A stretch of 62,289 bases of DNA, the filler included, from an uncultured Methanosarcinales archaeon (lineage in GTDB: Archaea; Nanobdellota; Nanobdellia; Woesearchaeales; CAYSVS01), in NCBI GenBank assembly GCA_964589485.1. It is 2 parts of 2 records of this genome, joined end to end, with 100 filler letters (N's around TTAATTAATTAA, not from the genome) between each part and the next. Parts side by side here need not be neighbours in the genome. Positions count along the whole stretch, not along the records: positions 1 to 31,350 come from CAZPRK010000012.1; 1 more part is not named here. One strand, written 5' to 3'. Position 1 is the stretch's first letter, and the number at the start of each line of letters is the position of its first letter. The notes beneath the pieces were generated by a model. That model saw nothing but the letters and a program-made list of their open reading frames with translations. It was not told the DNA's origin and did no database searches. Position numbers and translations under genes: made by a program. Shown piece after piece: positions 1 to 9,865 of this stretch.

Positions 1-1
1 A

Positions 2-55
2 ACTGTCAAATGAATATTCAGGATGAAATAGTTAGTAAACTGTCAAACTTGGGTT
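2..55. repeat. 54-bp sequence present as a perfect reverse complement at the other window end; probable end of a multicopy element (IS-like)
   Basis: actgtcaaatgaatattcaggatgaaatagttagtaaactgtcaaacttgggtt is the exact reverse complement of 62236-62289; contains AACTGTCAAA twice (1-10, 38-47). Confidence 0.9.
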
Positions 56-504
56 GCATCTTTAATTGAATCAGATAATTCTTGATATATTCGGTTAAAT
101 GCTGTATTTTGTTCTATATACTTTCCTGATACTGTTTGTAATACATTAAGATTTTTATGATTTTTTTTAATTTCTATTCTTAATTTTTCAACAGTTTCAC
201 TTTGATAATCTAATGGAGTAAAATGATTTAGAAAAGATATTTGTTCTTCATTTTTAGAATAATTTTCATTTGTACCTAAAATAGTTGCTTCTTTTCCATC
301 AAATAATACATGTATTTCTTGTTCACCTACTTTATATAACTCAAAGTGTATTCCTTCTTTTTGACCTTCAAATGGACTTAACTCTACTATATCACTAAGT
401 TCTTCTAAATGTTCATTCTTAGGTGTTATTGGTGCTATAGTAGCTTCCTTTTCAGGAACTAAATAAGATGTAAATATACCTAATCTTTGTACTTCTTTAT
501 TCAT
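43..504 (-). CDS. hypothetical protein, possibly C-terminally truncated by the terminal repeat
   Basis: 153-aa ORF; last codons and stop (TQV*) lie inside the 54-bp repeat. Confidence 0.65.
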   Translation of the reverse strand: MNKEVQRLGIFTSYLVPEKEATIAPITPKNEHLEELSDIVELSPFEGQKEGIHFELYKVGEQEIHVLFDGKEATILGTNENYSKNEEQISFLNHFTPLDYQSETVEKLRIEIKKNHKNLNVLQTVSGKYIEQNTAFNRIYQELSDSIKDATQV

Positions 505-564
505 TTTTTTTAATAATTTAAGTTAGTTTATAAATCTCTCTATTCAGTACTCGCTCTGTAGTAG

Positions 565-1164
565 TTAATATTGCTCTTCTGTTGGAAAGTCGCCAAATAG
601 TAAAAATTCTGCTGCTATTTTTCCAAACATTGCTTTTTTCACGGGAAAGCATTTTAATTTAGAATTTGGTAGGTGTTTTTTTACTTTTTCGATTATTGCA
701 TTTCTATCTTCTGTATTAAATTCTCCTTTAAGTACAATGATTGCATGGTTAATTCTAGCTTTATTAAACCCTTCAAAAACATTAACTAAAGATTTTTCAG
801 TATCTTCTAGTTCTAATTCATAAGTTGCCTTTTTATTTTCTAAATCAATTATTTTTTTACAGCTAAACGAAGTTTTACAAATACTATAATTTTTTTCAAC
901 TTGCATAAGTTTATCTAAATGTTCTACAATTTCAGGGTTACTCCTTATTTCTTCAGAAAATTCAAGATTAAAAACAATATCTGGGTTTTCCAATGATGCC
1001 ATTTCATCACTAATCCTTTCTAATAATTCATTGTTTTTGTTTAAACCGTTAACTATACTTTTAAGTTCCTTTAAACATAATAAAGGTGTATTACTTTTTA
1101 GTTTAAGTTTAAAATTTGGATAAGATAAAGTCATTGAAATTACTTCATTTATTTTTTGTTCCAT
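565..1164 (-). CDS. hypothetical protein with weak FtsZ/tubulin C-terminal-domain-like tail
   Basis: 199-aa ORF; HAIIVLKGEFNTEDRNAIIEKVKKHLP...GKIAAEFLLFG pattern resembles FtsZ C-domain; no GGGTG motif. Confidence 0.6.
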   Translation of the reverse strand: MEQKINEVISMTLSYPNFKLKLKSNTPLLCLKELKSIVNGLNKNNELLERISDEMASLENPDIVFNLEFSEEIRSNPEIVEHLDKLMQVEKNYSICKTSFSCKKIIDLENKKATYELELEDTEKSLVNVFEGFNKARINHAIIVLKGEFNTEDRNAIIEKVKKHLPNSKLKCFPVKKAMFGKIAAEFLLFGDFPTEEQY

Positions 1165-1216
1165 GTAAATTTATAATAGGTAAATATTTATATTCTTTTC
1201 GTTTCTGAGCTATATT

Positions 1217-1366
1217 ATGCCAAAACCAAAGCCAATATGGGAAAAATGGAAAAAAGATCCCAAAAAATGGGAAAGGTTTTTTATCTTTACTAGAATTCTA
1301 ATTATTGTATTTAATCTACTTGTAGTAATAGGCTTCATAATGTTTTTAGTTCTATTAATTAAATAG
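1217..1366 (+). CDS. small single-pass membrane protein (49 aa, not in ORF track)
   Basis: ATG at 1217, MPKPKPIWEKWKKDPKKWERFFIFTRILIIVFNLLVVIGFIMFLVLLIK*, basic N-terminus plus one long hydrophobic helix; fills the intergenic gap. Confidence 0.65.
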   Translation: MPKPKPIWEKWKKDPKKWERFFIFTRILIIVFNLLVVIGFIMFLVLLIK

Positions 1367-1769
1367 TTCTACGAATTGTTTTAAATTTATGAGCCATTAT
1401 ATAATGTAGATTCTTAGATACTGTTGCGGTAGTAATTAACCCTATTATTTGTCCATTCTCAGTTACTGGAAGTCTTCTTATTCTATTTTCTATCATTATT
1501 TTACTTGCTTCTGTTAATGGTGTATCTCCTCTTACTGTAATGATTGGCGTTGACATTACATTTTTAACCAATGTAGATCCTGGGTTTAATCCTCTACTAA
1601 TTACTTTTCTAGTAACATCTCTTTCTGTGAAAACTCCTATTAAGTCTCCATTTTCTTCAACTAATATACTTCCTCTTTGCGCATTAGTCATAACTTCCGC
1701 GGCTTTTATTACTGTAGAATTTAAGTCGACGGTTTTTACGCTATGCATAATATCTTTTGCAGTCAACAT
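1359..1769 (-). CDS. CBS-domain pair protein
   Basis: LIGVFTERD, VKNVMSTP, IRRLPV, IIGLIT CBS motifs; likely start MLTAKDIM at 1769 after a G-rich RBS. Confidence 0.9.
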   Translation of the reverse strand: MLTAKDIMHSVKTVDLNSTVIKAAEVMTNAQRGSILVEENGDLIGVFTERDVTRKVISRGLNPGSTLVKNVMSTPIITVRGDTPLTEASKIMIENRIRRLPVTENGQIIGLITTATVSKNLHYIMAHKFKTIRRTI

Positions 1770-1837
1770 AAACAACACCCCCAGTAATAGGTAATAGAAG
1801 CAAAGTATATAGTTTTTGGGTATATAGATTATATGGC

Positions 1838-1999
1838 TCAAATCAAACCTTGTTCTTTCTTAGCTTTTCTTCTATACTCTCCATAATTATCATCTATGGA
1901 AAATTTAGCAGGTTTAGTATTAATTGTTTCAGAATTACAACATTTTTCATGCATTGTGTATTTTTTACATGTTATACATTTCATAATATGTCTTGCCAT
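1838..1999 (-). CDS. nop10: H/ACA RNP protein Nop10 (53 aa, not in ORF track)
   Basis: MARHIMKCITCKKYTM...PAKFSIDDNYGEYRRKAK; canonical position downstream of eIF2-alpha. Confidence 0.9.
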   Translation of the reverse strand: MARHIMKCITCKKYTMHEKCCNSETINTKPAKFSIDDNYGEYRRKAKKEQGLI

Positions 2000-2001
2000 T
2001 T

Positions 2002-2784
2002 TTAAGTTACTTTTTTACTATCTTTTCTCGTAAATTTAAAAACACCATTCTTCATATTTTTTTCAATGTGACTAGTTATTTCTTCTACAAATGTTTCTGC
2101 GGTTTGAAAATCATCTGCAACTATATTTAAAGCATACTTTCCTGCTCCTTGATATTTTATAATTTCTTCTTTTCCTTTTACAGAATCTACTAAAATTTTC
2201 TTTATTAGGTTAACTCCTTCAGGTTCATATGTAGTAAGTTCAATTTCTCCTCTAATTTGAACTTTAACAGGTTTGATTCTTATCTTAATTAATTCAGTTA
2301 ATTTTGTTGCTAACTTTTTTTCTATGCCTAATTTACTAAGATCTAAATCAGAATCAACAACTTCATAAAAACATTCACTAATAAGATCATATTTTGCAAA
2401 TACTTTTTCACTAATATCTTTATACATTACTTTAAGGTCAATTTTTAATTCTTTTGAAAGAGTTTCAATTATTTTTTCTGCTTTTTGTTCTTGTTTAATT
2501 TCTTCTACTTTTTTTCTTCTTTGATTTTCGTTAACTCTTCGGTAAGATAAATCAATATGTCCCTTTTCTTTATTAATTTTCAAAACTTTACATACTATTT
2601 TTTTTCCTTCAACAACAAAATCTCTTATATTTCGAATTCTTCCAGGTGAAACTTCAGAAATGTTAATCATTCCACCTTTATCAAACTCATCAAGCCTAGT
2701 AAATACAGAGTGAGGATGTACTTTTGTAACTGTACAAAGAACTAATTCACCTTCCTCAGGATAACCATGTCTTTGATATAACAT
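2002..2784 (-). CDS. eif2a: translation initiation factor 2 subunit alpha
   Basis: YPEEGELVLCTV S1 domain, RIRNIRDFV, KGHIDLS. Confidence 0.95.
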   Translation of the reverse strand: MLYQRHGYPEEGELVLCTVTKVHPHSVFTRLDEFDKGGMINISEVSPGRIRNIRDFVVEGKKIVCKVLKINKEKGHIDLSYRRVNENQRRKKVEEIKQEQKAEKIIETLSKELKIDLKVMYKDISEKVFAKYDLISECFYEVVDSDLDLSKLGIEKKLATKLTELIKIRIKPVKVQIRGEIELTTYEPEGVNLIKKILVDSVKGKEEIIKYQGAGKYALNIVADDFQTAETFVEEITSHIEKNMKNGVFKFTRKDSKKVT

Positions 2785-2954
2785 TAAGCTAAAACCTCTA
2801 ATACTCTTGCTTTAATTTTAGACTTTCCACCTGTTGGTTCAGCTAAAAGTTTATCACAAACTAAACAATTTAATTTTTGTGTATTTTTTCCATACATTAT
2901 TTGTTCATTTTTACACTTTGGACATCTTATTTTTACAAATTTTGATTCTGCCAT
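2784..2954 (-). CDS. rps27e: 30S ribosomal protein S27e (56 aa, not in ORF track)
   Basis: MAESKFVKIRCPKCKNEQIMYG...CLVCDKLLAEPTGGKSKIKARVLEVL zinc ribbon. Confidence 0.95.
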   Translation of the reverse strand: MAESKFVKIRCPKCKNEQIMYGKNTQKLNCLVCDKLLAEPTGGKSKIKARVLEVLA

Positions 2955-3010
2955 AATAATCACCTATTTAGTGAAAAATTGGGTTAGTTTATAAATATTA
3001 TGATTAGGAT

Positions 3011-3298
3011 TTAAAACAATGTCTTTAAATTATTTTGATGTGCATAAAGACGCAAAGAATTTAGATAAGTAGAAAAATTAGGGTCATATATTATTACATT
3101 TAAATTACCTTTTTCTAAACTTGCATACAATAGAGGAACTTGACTTTCTATTACCATTTGTACCTTTTCTCCTTCAACTTCTCTATTAACGATACATACA
3201 ATGTCAAAATCATCTGCAATTTCTTGTGCAACTTCCACTATTGCTTTTTTAAAAGGTGTATTATTTTTAGCTAATTTTTCTAAAATAAAAGGTAACAT
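3011..3298 (-). CDS. hypothetical protein
   Basis: 95-aa ORF filling the gap between operon genes. Confidence 0.6.
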   Translation of the reverse strand: MLPFILEKLAKNNTPFKKAIVEVAQEIADDFDIVCIVNREVEGEKVQMVIESQVPLLYASLEKGNLNVIIYDPNFSTYLNSLRLYAHQNNLKTLF

Positions 3299-3330
3299 AA
3301 ATCTCTATTAGTAGTAGTTTATTTATAAAT

Positions 3331-3612
3331 CTAATCAACAGTAAACAATCTACTATCATGTACATCGAATAAACCTAAACGAGCACCTGCATCTAACCAT
3401 CCATGTGCATAATTCAATGCAGCAAATGCGTTTATATAATCATCTTTAGAATAAAAATGTTTTGCGTCACTAATGTAACGCGAAATCATATCAAGAAAAT
3501 CTTCTCTAGCTTCTTCCATATCAAGTCTATTCTTACTTTTAGTAGCAAGATCCATTGCTTCCTCAGTAATTGAAAAGTACTTTTCAAGCTTCTTCTTTGT
3601 TATTTCCTTCAT
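3331..3612 (-). CDS. DUF357 family protein
   Basis: YISDAKHF...AFAALNYAHGWLDAGARLGLF signature; likely start MKEIT at 3612. Confidence 0.9.
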   Translation of the reverse strand: MKEITKKKLEKYFSITEEAMDLATKSKNRLDMEEAREDFLDMISRYISDAKHFYSKDDYINAFAALNYAHGWLDAGARLGLFDVHDSRLFTVD

Positions 3613-3817
3613 CTTCAATTGTAACTTTTGGCATTTTTTTAACAATTGATAAAGGAATAACGTCAGCTTCAAGTTCTAACTTTGCAATTTCAATTGGGTT
3701 AAACTTAACTGAGTTTAATTGTTCTTCATCCATTTTTACTAAAAATGGAGCACCCATTGAGATTTGTAAAGCTCTTGAACCTAAAATTCTTGCTTTTTCA
3801 TATTTAGTGTATTCCAT
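3584..3817 (-). CDS. rpoK: RNA polymerase subunit K (Rpo6)
   Basis: YTKYEKARILGSRALQISMGAP motif. Confidence 0.95.
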   Translation of the reverse strand: MEYTKYEKARILGSRALQISMGAPFLVKMDEEQLNSVKFNPIEIAKLELEADVIPLSIVKKMPKVTIEDEGNNKEEA

Positions 3818-3819
3818 TT

Positions 3820-4596
3820 TTAATCTCCAAGATATTTTCTAAGTTCTCTTGTTTTTTCTATTGCTAAATTAACCATTTTGTCAACATCATCAATTGTCAA
3901 AGCAGTAGCATTTCCTTTTTGTAAAGCACAAATTTCATCTTTTTCAGTTGTTGCAACTGTTAATCTTGAATCTGCAACTTTTTCTTCAGCATTTAATGGA
4001 TCAATAATGAATTTATCACCAATCTTTAATACTGTACAAGATAATGGTACTTTTGTTAATGGAAGAGTTTCATCAGTTTTTGTTTTAAAGTCAACTATTC
4101 CATCTTTTAATGCAGGAAGTCTTGCATTTCTGATTGCTGCAATTGTAGCTAATGCTCCTATATCAAATAAATTCCCTGCATCATTTATAGGGCAAATATC
4201 GACAATAACTGTCCATGCTTTTTCTCCTACAGTAACACAAAGTTTTTTGAAATCAATTGAATGACTTTCTCTTATTCCTCTATCGATAACTCTTGCTAAT
4301 TCGATAGCTTGAATTGAAGGAGGTCCTGGTTCAAATTTTGGTGAAGATAATGGTAATAATTCAACATTAACCATTAATGTTCCTTGATCTGGAGAATCAG
4401 GGTAGGGTGTTCCTAGTTCCATTTTAACTCCAGCCATTACTTTAGTTTCACCAATAGTTACTAAAGCACTTCCGTCTGCTGTTTTACTAACACCGTATTC
4501 AATAGATATTCCATCTCTGTATTGTTCCAGTTTTCTTCCATCTAATCGGTTGTCTTTTTCTAATAATTTATGAATATAGTCTGTCATTTTTTTCAT
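3820..4596 (-). CDS. rrp42: exosome complex component Rrp42
   Basis: RLDGR, ADGSALV, FEPGPP, ELARVIDRGIRES. Confidence 0.95.
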   Translation of the reverse strand: MKKMTDYIHKLLEKDNRLDGRKLEQYRDGISIEYGVSKTADGSALVTIGETKVMAGVKMELGTPYPDSPDQGTLMVNVELLPLSSPKFEPGPPSIQAIELARVIDRGIRESHSIDFKKLCVTVGEKAWTVIVDICPINDAGNLFDIGALATIAAIRNARLPALKDGIVDFKTKTDETLPLTKVPLSCTVLKIGDKFIIDPLNAEEKVADSRLTVATTEKDEICALQKGNATALTIDDVDKMVNLAIEKTRELRKYLGD

Positions 4597-5300
4597 TCCT
4601 CGTTATATTTTGCTTTTAGAGCATTTCTTTGTACATCATAAATTTCTTTTGCTGTTTTTTGTGCTACTTCTAAAGCTTCCTTTAAAATAGCAGTGTCAAC
4701 AATTCCGTCCATTTGTAATAATGAAATTTCTCCTGTTTGCGGTAAGATTGCTACTGGTATATCAGCAACACCGTTTTCACATTCTAATGCTTCTTCATCA
4801 TAGTTTAAATCTACAACAACTTTATCATCAACTTTACCAACAGCTACAGCTGCTACTAAATCTCTCATGATAAAACCTGCATCAGCTAATGCTAAAGATG
4901 CTGCGCATATTCCTGCACATCTACTTCCTGCATCTGTTTCAGGAAGTTCTATGTAAACATCGATTACTGAATTTGGAAATTCACTTAATTCCAATGTTGG
5001 TAAAAGTGCATTTTCTGTAACCATAGATATTTCTTTAGATCTTCTATTCGCTCCAGGTCTAACTCTATCGCCCATTCCGGAGAATGGCATCATGTTATAA
5101 TGACATCTTAAAACTGCTTTAGTTGGATCTGCTAAAAATTTAGGATAAATGTTTTTTGGACCATAAACAGCTGCATATGCTGTTGTTTTTCCAATCTTGA
5201 AGTATGCACTTCCGTCTGCATTTTTAATAACTCCAACTTTAGCTTCAATCTCTCTAAGTTCATCATGTTTTCTTCCGTCTAATCTTTTATCGTAACCCAT
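4593..5300 (-). CDS. rrp41: exosome complex component Rrp41
   Basis: RLDGRKHDELR, NADGSAY, RRSKEIS, DAGSRCA; likely start at 5300. Confidence 0.95.
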   Translation of the reverse strand: MGYDKRLDGRKHDELREIEAKVGVIKNADGSAYFKIGKTTAYAAVYGPKNIYPKFLADPTKAVLRCHYNMMPFSGMGDRVRPGANRRSKEISMVTENALLPTLELSEFPNSVIDVYIELPETDAGSRCAGICAASLALADAGFIMRDLVAAVAVGKVDDKVVVDLNYDEEALECENGVADIPVAILPQTGEISLLQMDGIVDTAILKEALEVAQKTAKEIYDVQRNALKAKYNEE

Positions 5301-5301
5301 T

Positions 5302-6018
5302 TTACTCACCACCTTGAACTTTAATCTCTGTTCCAGTTTTTTCTTCTAAGAAAGATTTCACTAAATCAGTTAATCCACTGGTATGAGCTTTTCTTTCAAT
5401 TAAATTAATTGTTTCAACTGCAATTAATTCTTTGTTAGGATCATCTCCTGCAAGCCAAACTAATCCGTTTTGACCAACTGTTAATCTACATCCTGTAGCT
5501 AACTTAATCATACTAACCATTGATCCTTTTTTTCCAATAAGTCTTGGAACTTTAGTAGGTGTAATTTTAACTATTCGTCCACCAACTAACTTTTTCAAAC
5601 CAGGTCCTTTCATTGATAAGTCAATTAATTTTTGACTTGTAACTGTTACAATTTTTGCAACAAGATAGTCATCAATTTTATAAATTTGACTTAAGTCTGC
5701 TCCTCTCTGAATAAAATCAGATGTAGCGTCTTTTACATTTAACATTGCTGTATACGCAGAATTTGTATCTGTGTTCCAACCAGAAAACATTATATCTCTA
5801 ACTTGAGCAATAATTGTATCTCCTTTTTTTGGAAGATACTTCCCAGCTAACGGAACTAATTTAATAGCTCTTCCATCAATGTATGTTAATCCTACTTTTG
5901 AAGCGAAAATATTCTCTCCACTTCTATAAGTTCCTATTCCAGGAAGGTAATCCATACCTTCGGCTACTTTTTCACCAGGAACTACAATTTCTTTTTCTTT
6001 TACTAATAATTTTCCCAT
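5302..6018 (-). CDS. rrp4: exosome RNA-binding protein Rrp4
   Basis: VVPGE, S1 domain, KH domain PRLIGKKGSM, VGQNGLVW. Confidence 0.95.
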   Translation of the reverse strand: MGKLLVKEKEIVVPGEKVAEGMDYLPGIGTYRSGENIFASKVGLTYIDGRAIKLVPLAGKYLPKKGDTIIAQVRDIMFSGWNTDTNSAYTAMLNVKDATSDFIQRGADLSQIYKIDDYLVAKIVTVTSQKLIDLSMKGPGLKKLVGGRIVKITPTKVPRLIGKKGSMVSMIKLATGCRLTVGQNGLVWLAGDDPNKELIAVETINLIERKAHTSGLTDLVKSFLEEKTGTEIKVQGGE

Positions 6019-6020
6019 TT

Positions 6021-6740
6021 TTAATTCACCATTTTACTATTTAATGTACCATGAGTTATTGAATTCAATTTATCAAAAAATTCTTCACTTAATCCCCCAG
6101 GAATTTCTATCTCTGTGATTAATTCTCCATCATTTCCCCATTTTTGATCTTTAATTTTAGACATACTCTTAATAATTCCCATACACTGTTGTGCGTAATT
6201 AGACTTTATTTGTAGTTCAAAAACTTTTGTATCAAATTTTATTGGTATGATTGGTCTTAAATTTTTAATCACATCATCTACTTGCTCTTCTGCAGAAGCG
6301 TACTCATTAATTCTAATTTTAGCTTCATCCATTGCGGCTTCAATTCTATTCTCAGGATGAGAATATCCAGTTTTTGGGTCAATTGCATTTGCATGGATAA
6401 TGTTAATCACTTTTCTTTTTTTTTCAGCTCTAAGTTTATCTCTATACTCAGAAGTTACTTGAATTTCACCTTGTTTTAAGATGATTTTTGCAATTTCTAA
6501 TACATCAGTAGTTCCAAAAAGCTCATTCATTTTTTCTTCAGATGCTAATAAACCTTTTTTAGCATTAGCAAATACTTTTTCGGCTTTTAAAACATCTTTA
6601 ATGTCAACATCTTTTCCTTGACTAAACTCAATAGCTAAATTAGGTTCTATATCTATTTCAAACTCTTCTCCGCCTTTTCTTAATTTTGCCAAGTTTAGAT
6701 TTCTAAACTTTTTTTGGTCTCTATCTACTTCGCCACTCAT
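6021..6740 (-). CDS. ribosome maturation protein SDO1/SBDS
   Basis: LRKGGEEFEI, ELFGTTD, NAIDPKT..HP..RIEAAM; position in exosome operon. Confidence 0.95.
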   Translation of the reverse strand: MSGEVDRDQKKFRNLNLAKLRKGGEEFEIDIEPNLAIEFSQGKDVDIKDVLKAEKVFANAKKGLLASEEKMNELFGTTDVLEIAKIILKQGEIQVTSEYRDKLRAEKKRKVINIIHANAIDPKTGYSHPENRIEAAMDEAKIRINEYASAEEQVDDVIKNLRPIIPIKFDTKVFELQIKSNYAQQCMGIIKSMSKIKDQKWGNDGELITEIEIPGGLSEEFFDKLNSITHGTLNSKMVN

Positions 6741-7471
6741 TTTTTCTTTTTCACTTCATTTAAAACTTTTTCAATTTTTGCTTTACTAAGTCTTTCAAAT
6801 GTTTTAGTTTTAGTTCTAATAAATGCAACATCTAATCTTTCTGCATTAAAATCATGATCTAAAACTTTTAATAATGCTTTAATAGATAACTTAATTCCTT
6901 CATCGACAGTTAAGTCATCCTTATACTCTTTTTGTAAAATTTCTTCAACTTCAGTTTCTGCTTCACCAATAATACTTACTTTATATTGAAAAAATATTCC
7001 AGTTGGATCTGTTTCAAATAACTTAGGTCCATCTTGATCTATTCCTGCAATTAATACTGAAACCCCAAAAGGTCGTAATCCTGCTGATTGCGTACAAATT
7101 TGTTTTAAGCTACTAATATCTTTAACAATAGATAATGTGTCAATTGCAGTATCGTAAGTAACTCTATGTTGTTGAGCTTTTATTTGCGCTCTTTCAATTA
7201 ATACTCTTGCATCTGAAATTATTCCTGATGCTGTAGCTCCGATATGTTCATCAATTGTCCATATTTTTTCAATTGCATCTGAAACTACAAATTTATCAAC
7301 AATTCTTTTATCAGTAATTAATATTACACCGTCTTTACAAACCATACCTATTGCAGTACTTCCTTGTTTAACAGTTTTTTTTGCATATTCTACTTGAAGT
7401 AGCCTTCCATCCGGGCTAAACATTGTGATGGCTCTATCATATCCCATCATTTGATGATTCATTGGTTGCAT
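6737..7471 (-). CDS. psmA: proteasome subunit alpha
   Basis: GYDRAITMFSPDGRLLQVEYA. Confidence 0.97.
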   Translation of the reverse strand: MQPMNHQMMGYDRAITMFSPDGRLLQVEYAKKTVKQGSTAIGMVCKDGVILITDKRIVDKFVVSDAIEKIWTIDEHIGATASGIISDARVLIERAQIKAQQHRVTYDTAIDTLSIVKDISSLKQICTQSAGLRPFGVSVLIAGIDQDGPKLFETDPTGIFFQYKVSIIGEAETEVEEILQKEYKDDLTVDEGIKLSIKALLKVLDHDFNAERLDVAFIRTKTKTFERLSKAKIEKVLNEVKKKK

Positions 7472-7472
7472 T

Positions 7473-7790
7473 TTATTCCCTCCCTTTTTCTCTTGCTTTT
7501 TTTAAGGTTCCACTTACATATTTACTCTTCAAAATTAAACCTTTTTTGTTAACTAAAGCTATTGCAGACTTTAGTTCATCAACATGCTTGTGATCTACTC
7601 TGATAATATTATCTTTTAAATATTTTAATCCTGCTTTCGCTGTATTTAGTTCACCTAGATAAGATCTAATTGAATCTTTTAATGAAGTTAAAACTTCTTC
7701 GTCATTTACTTTTTTCTTACTTAAAGCTTCATAAACAACATATCTTTTACGTTCCTTTAAGCTAGGAAGTAATTTAAGCCTTTTTTGCAT
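7473..7790 (-). CDS. rnp2: ribonuclease P protein component 2 (Pop5/Rpp14)
   Basis: LPSLKERKRYVVY, VSGTLKKA; upstream of psmA. Confidence 0.9.
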   Translation of the reverse strand: MQKRLKLLPSLKERKRYVVYEALSKKKVNDEEVLTSLKDSIRSYLGELNTAKAGLKYLKDNIIRVDHKHVDELKSAIALVNKKGLILKSKYVSGTLKKAREKGRE

Positions 7791-8014
7791 TTTATTTCAG
7801 TTTTTAATCACTTCATGAGTTTACATGAAGTTTAAAAATTTCGTTTTTGAAATTTTTATTAACTGAGAAAGAAATATTTGTTTTTCGTTCCTTTTCTCTC
7901 TCCACACTATTAGAAAAGTTAGTTTATTTATAAATGCTTCGGATTTATTTATTTCAATATTGAAATAAAAGTAAAAACGAAATATTTTTATATATGGTGA
8001 CTTATATACTTGTT

Positions 8015-8233
8015 ATGGCAACAACTATCTCCGTAAGTAAAGAATTGCTTACTAAATTAAAAGAAAGAAAGATGTATGATAAAGAATCCTATGAAGAAAT
8101 TATATGGGATGCTTTAGAAGATTCAATGGAGTTATCAGAAGAGACTAAAGTAAGAGTCAAACTTGCTGAAGAAGACGTTAAGGGAGGTAGATTATTTTCC
8201 CTTGAGGAAGTCAAAAAAGAGTTAGATTTATGA
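8015..8233 (+). CDS. putative antitoxin (ribbon-helix-helix-like) of the RelE pair
   Basis: MATTISVS...ESYEEII...SLEEVKKEL; overlaps toxin start. Confidence 0.8.
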   Translation: MATTISVSKELLTKLKERKMYDKESYEEIIWDALEDSMELSEETKVRVKLAEEDVKGGRLFSLEEVKKELDL

Positions 8234-8481
8234 CATTTGATATTTTTTTTACCAAAGAATCTAAGAAATTTCTAAAAAAATTAAATAAAGAAGACAAAAT
8301 AAGAATAATTTCAACTTTGGAAAGATGTAGAGTCCGGCCTTATTCTTATGTTAAAAAAATAGTTTCTTCTCCCTATTTTAGATTACGCGTAGGAGATTAT
8401 CGAGTTATTGTTGACATAAAAGCAGGTGAATTATTGATACTTGTTATTGAAATAGGTCATAGAAGAAATGTGTATAAATAG
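8230..8481 (+). CDS. relE: type II toxin, RelE/ParE family
   Basis: FRLRVGDYRVI...IEIGHRRNVY. Confidence 0.92.
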   Translation: MTFDIFFTKESKKFLKKLNKEDKIRIISTLERCRVRPYSYVKKIVSSPYFRLRVGDYRVIVDIKAGELLILVIEIGHRRNVYK

Positions 8482-8486
8482 AAGTA

Positions 8487-8966
8487 TTATTCAAACAATT
8501 TCAAATATTCCTCATAACCTTCTTCTTTTAGGTTTTCTTTAGGAATAAACCTTAATGCTGCTGAATTCATGCAATATCTTTGCCCTGTTGGCTGAGGTCC
8601 ATCGTTAAATAAATGTCCCAAGTGAGAGTCTCCTTCTTTACTTCTTATTTCAGTTCTAGGAAGAATTAATTTATAATCTTTTTTTTTAACAATGTTATTA
8701 TTATTAATTGGTTTTGTAAAGCTAGGCCAACCAGTTCCTGATTTAAATTTATCTTTAGAACTAAATAGCGCTTCACCAGAAACAATATCAACATATATCC
8801 CTTCCTTTTTATTATCCCAATACTCATTATCGAAGGCTGGCTCAGTAGCATCTTCCTGAGTTACTTTGTATTGTAATGGTGTTAAATGTGATAATTCTTT
8901 AGGCATCTCAGTTTCAGTAGTACAACCTATTAATAAAATTAATGAAAGTAGTAATAGTTTTTTCAT
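8487..8966 (-). CDS. msrB: peptide-methionine (R)-S-oxide reductase with lipoprotein-like signal
   Basis: [32 protein letters not shown]-terminal [11 protein letters not shown]. Confidence 0.95.
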   Translation of the reverse strand: MKKLLLLSLILLIGCTTETEMPKELSHLTPLQYKVTQEDATEPAFDNEYWDNKKEGIYVDIVSGEALFSSKDKFKSGTGWPSFTKPINNNNIVKKKDYKLILPRTEIRSKEGDSHLGHLFNDGPQPTGQRYCMNSAALRFIPKENLKEEGYEEYLKLFE

Positions 8967-9006
8967 GTCATTCTAATAGAATTTTAAGTATTTAATACTT
9001 ATCAAT

Positions 9007-9762
9007 TTAATGCTGATGACCAAAGAAAACACTAACAAAATAAATAATACTAATTCCAACTATGATAGCAATTAAGTGTAGTATCGTGTCTTTAACTTCG
9101 CAATCCCTATGTAATTGAGGTAATAAATTAGTAGCTGCAATATACAAGAAATTTCCTGCAGCGAAAGGTATCATAAAGTGAGTAAAACCTTCTATTCTAG
9201 AAACAAACATTAAACCCAAAATAGTTCCTATAATAGCAGAACCTGCAGATAATAAGTTAAACATCAAAGCTTTTTTCTTAGACAAACCAGAATATAATAA
9301 AACACTGATATCAGCCAATTCCTGAGGTAGTTCGTGAAATATAATGGATATTGTCGAAGCAATTCCTACAGAAACATTAACTGAGAAACTTGCTGCTATT
9401 ATAACTCCATCAATAAAATTATGAACTGCATCTCCTACTAGATTCACAGGTACTATGTGATAAGCATGACCGTGAGCTAAATGTTTCTCTTCACCCTTGT
9501 GATGCATGTGAACAAATTTCTCCAAAACAAACATTACCAAAAAACCTGATAAAATATACAAAGCAATGGTTAAATTATACCCGTCATGAATAGCTTCAGG
9601 AAGTAAATCCATAAATACGGTTGCCAACAAAACACCTACTGATCCACTTAATAATATAAACAAAGTTTTTTTAGAAATTTCTTTTTTAATTAATAAAGGC
9701 AAAGATGCTAATAACGATATTAATGAAACAACGATAACGCTGATTATTGCATATACTTCCAT
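9007..9762 (-). CDS. ZIP family metal (zinc) transporter
   Basis: HNFIDG, HELPQE motifs, His-rich loop, multiple TM helices. Confidence 0.93.
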   Translation of the reverse strand: MEVYAIISVIVVSLISLLASLPLLIKKEISKKTLFILLSGSVGVLLATVFMDLLPEAIHDGYNLTIALYILSGFLVMFVLEKFVHMHHKGEEKHLAHGHAYHIVPVNLVGDAVHNFIDGVIIAASFSVNVSVGIASTISIIFHELPQELADISVLLYSGLSKKKALMFNLLSAGSAIIGTILGLMFVSRIEGFTHFMIPFAAGNFLYIAATNLLPQLHRDCEVKDTILHLIAIIVGISIIYFVSVFFGHQH

Positions 9763-9865
9763 TTTATGTTACATAAATTTAATATTTATATATTTAACTG
9801 ATATACCCATACCCTTTTCAACCATCGAAAACTTTATAATACAAATATTAAACTCTTTAATATTA

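Noticed and set aside
1..55. CRISPR array or linear-replicon telomere at the window ends
   Set aside because: Only a 10-bp submotif repeats, the sequence between the submotifs is identical at both ends (not unique spacers), no cas genes, and the content is core chromosomal.
7813..7905. 30-codon minus-strand ORF (MEREKERKTNISFSV...) and an 8-bp hairpin upstream of Pop5
   Set aside because: Too short to support; could be a leader or chance.
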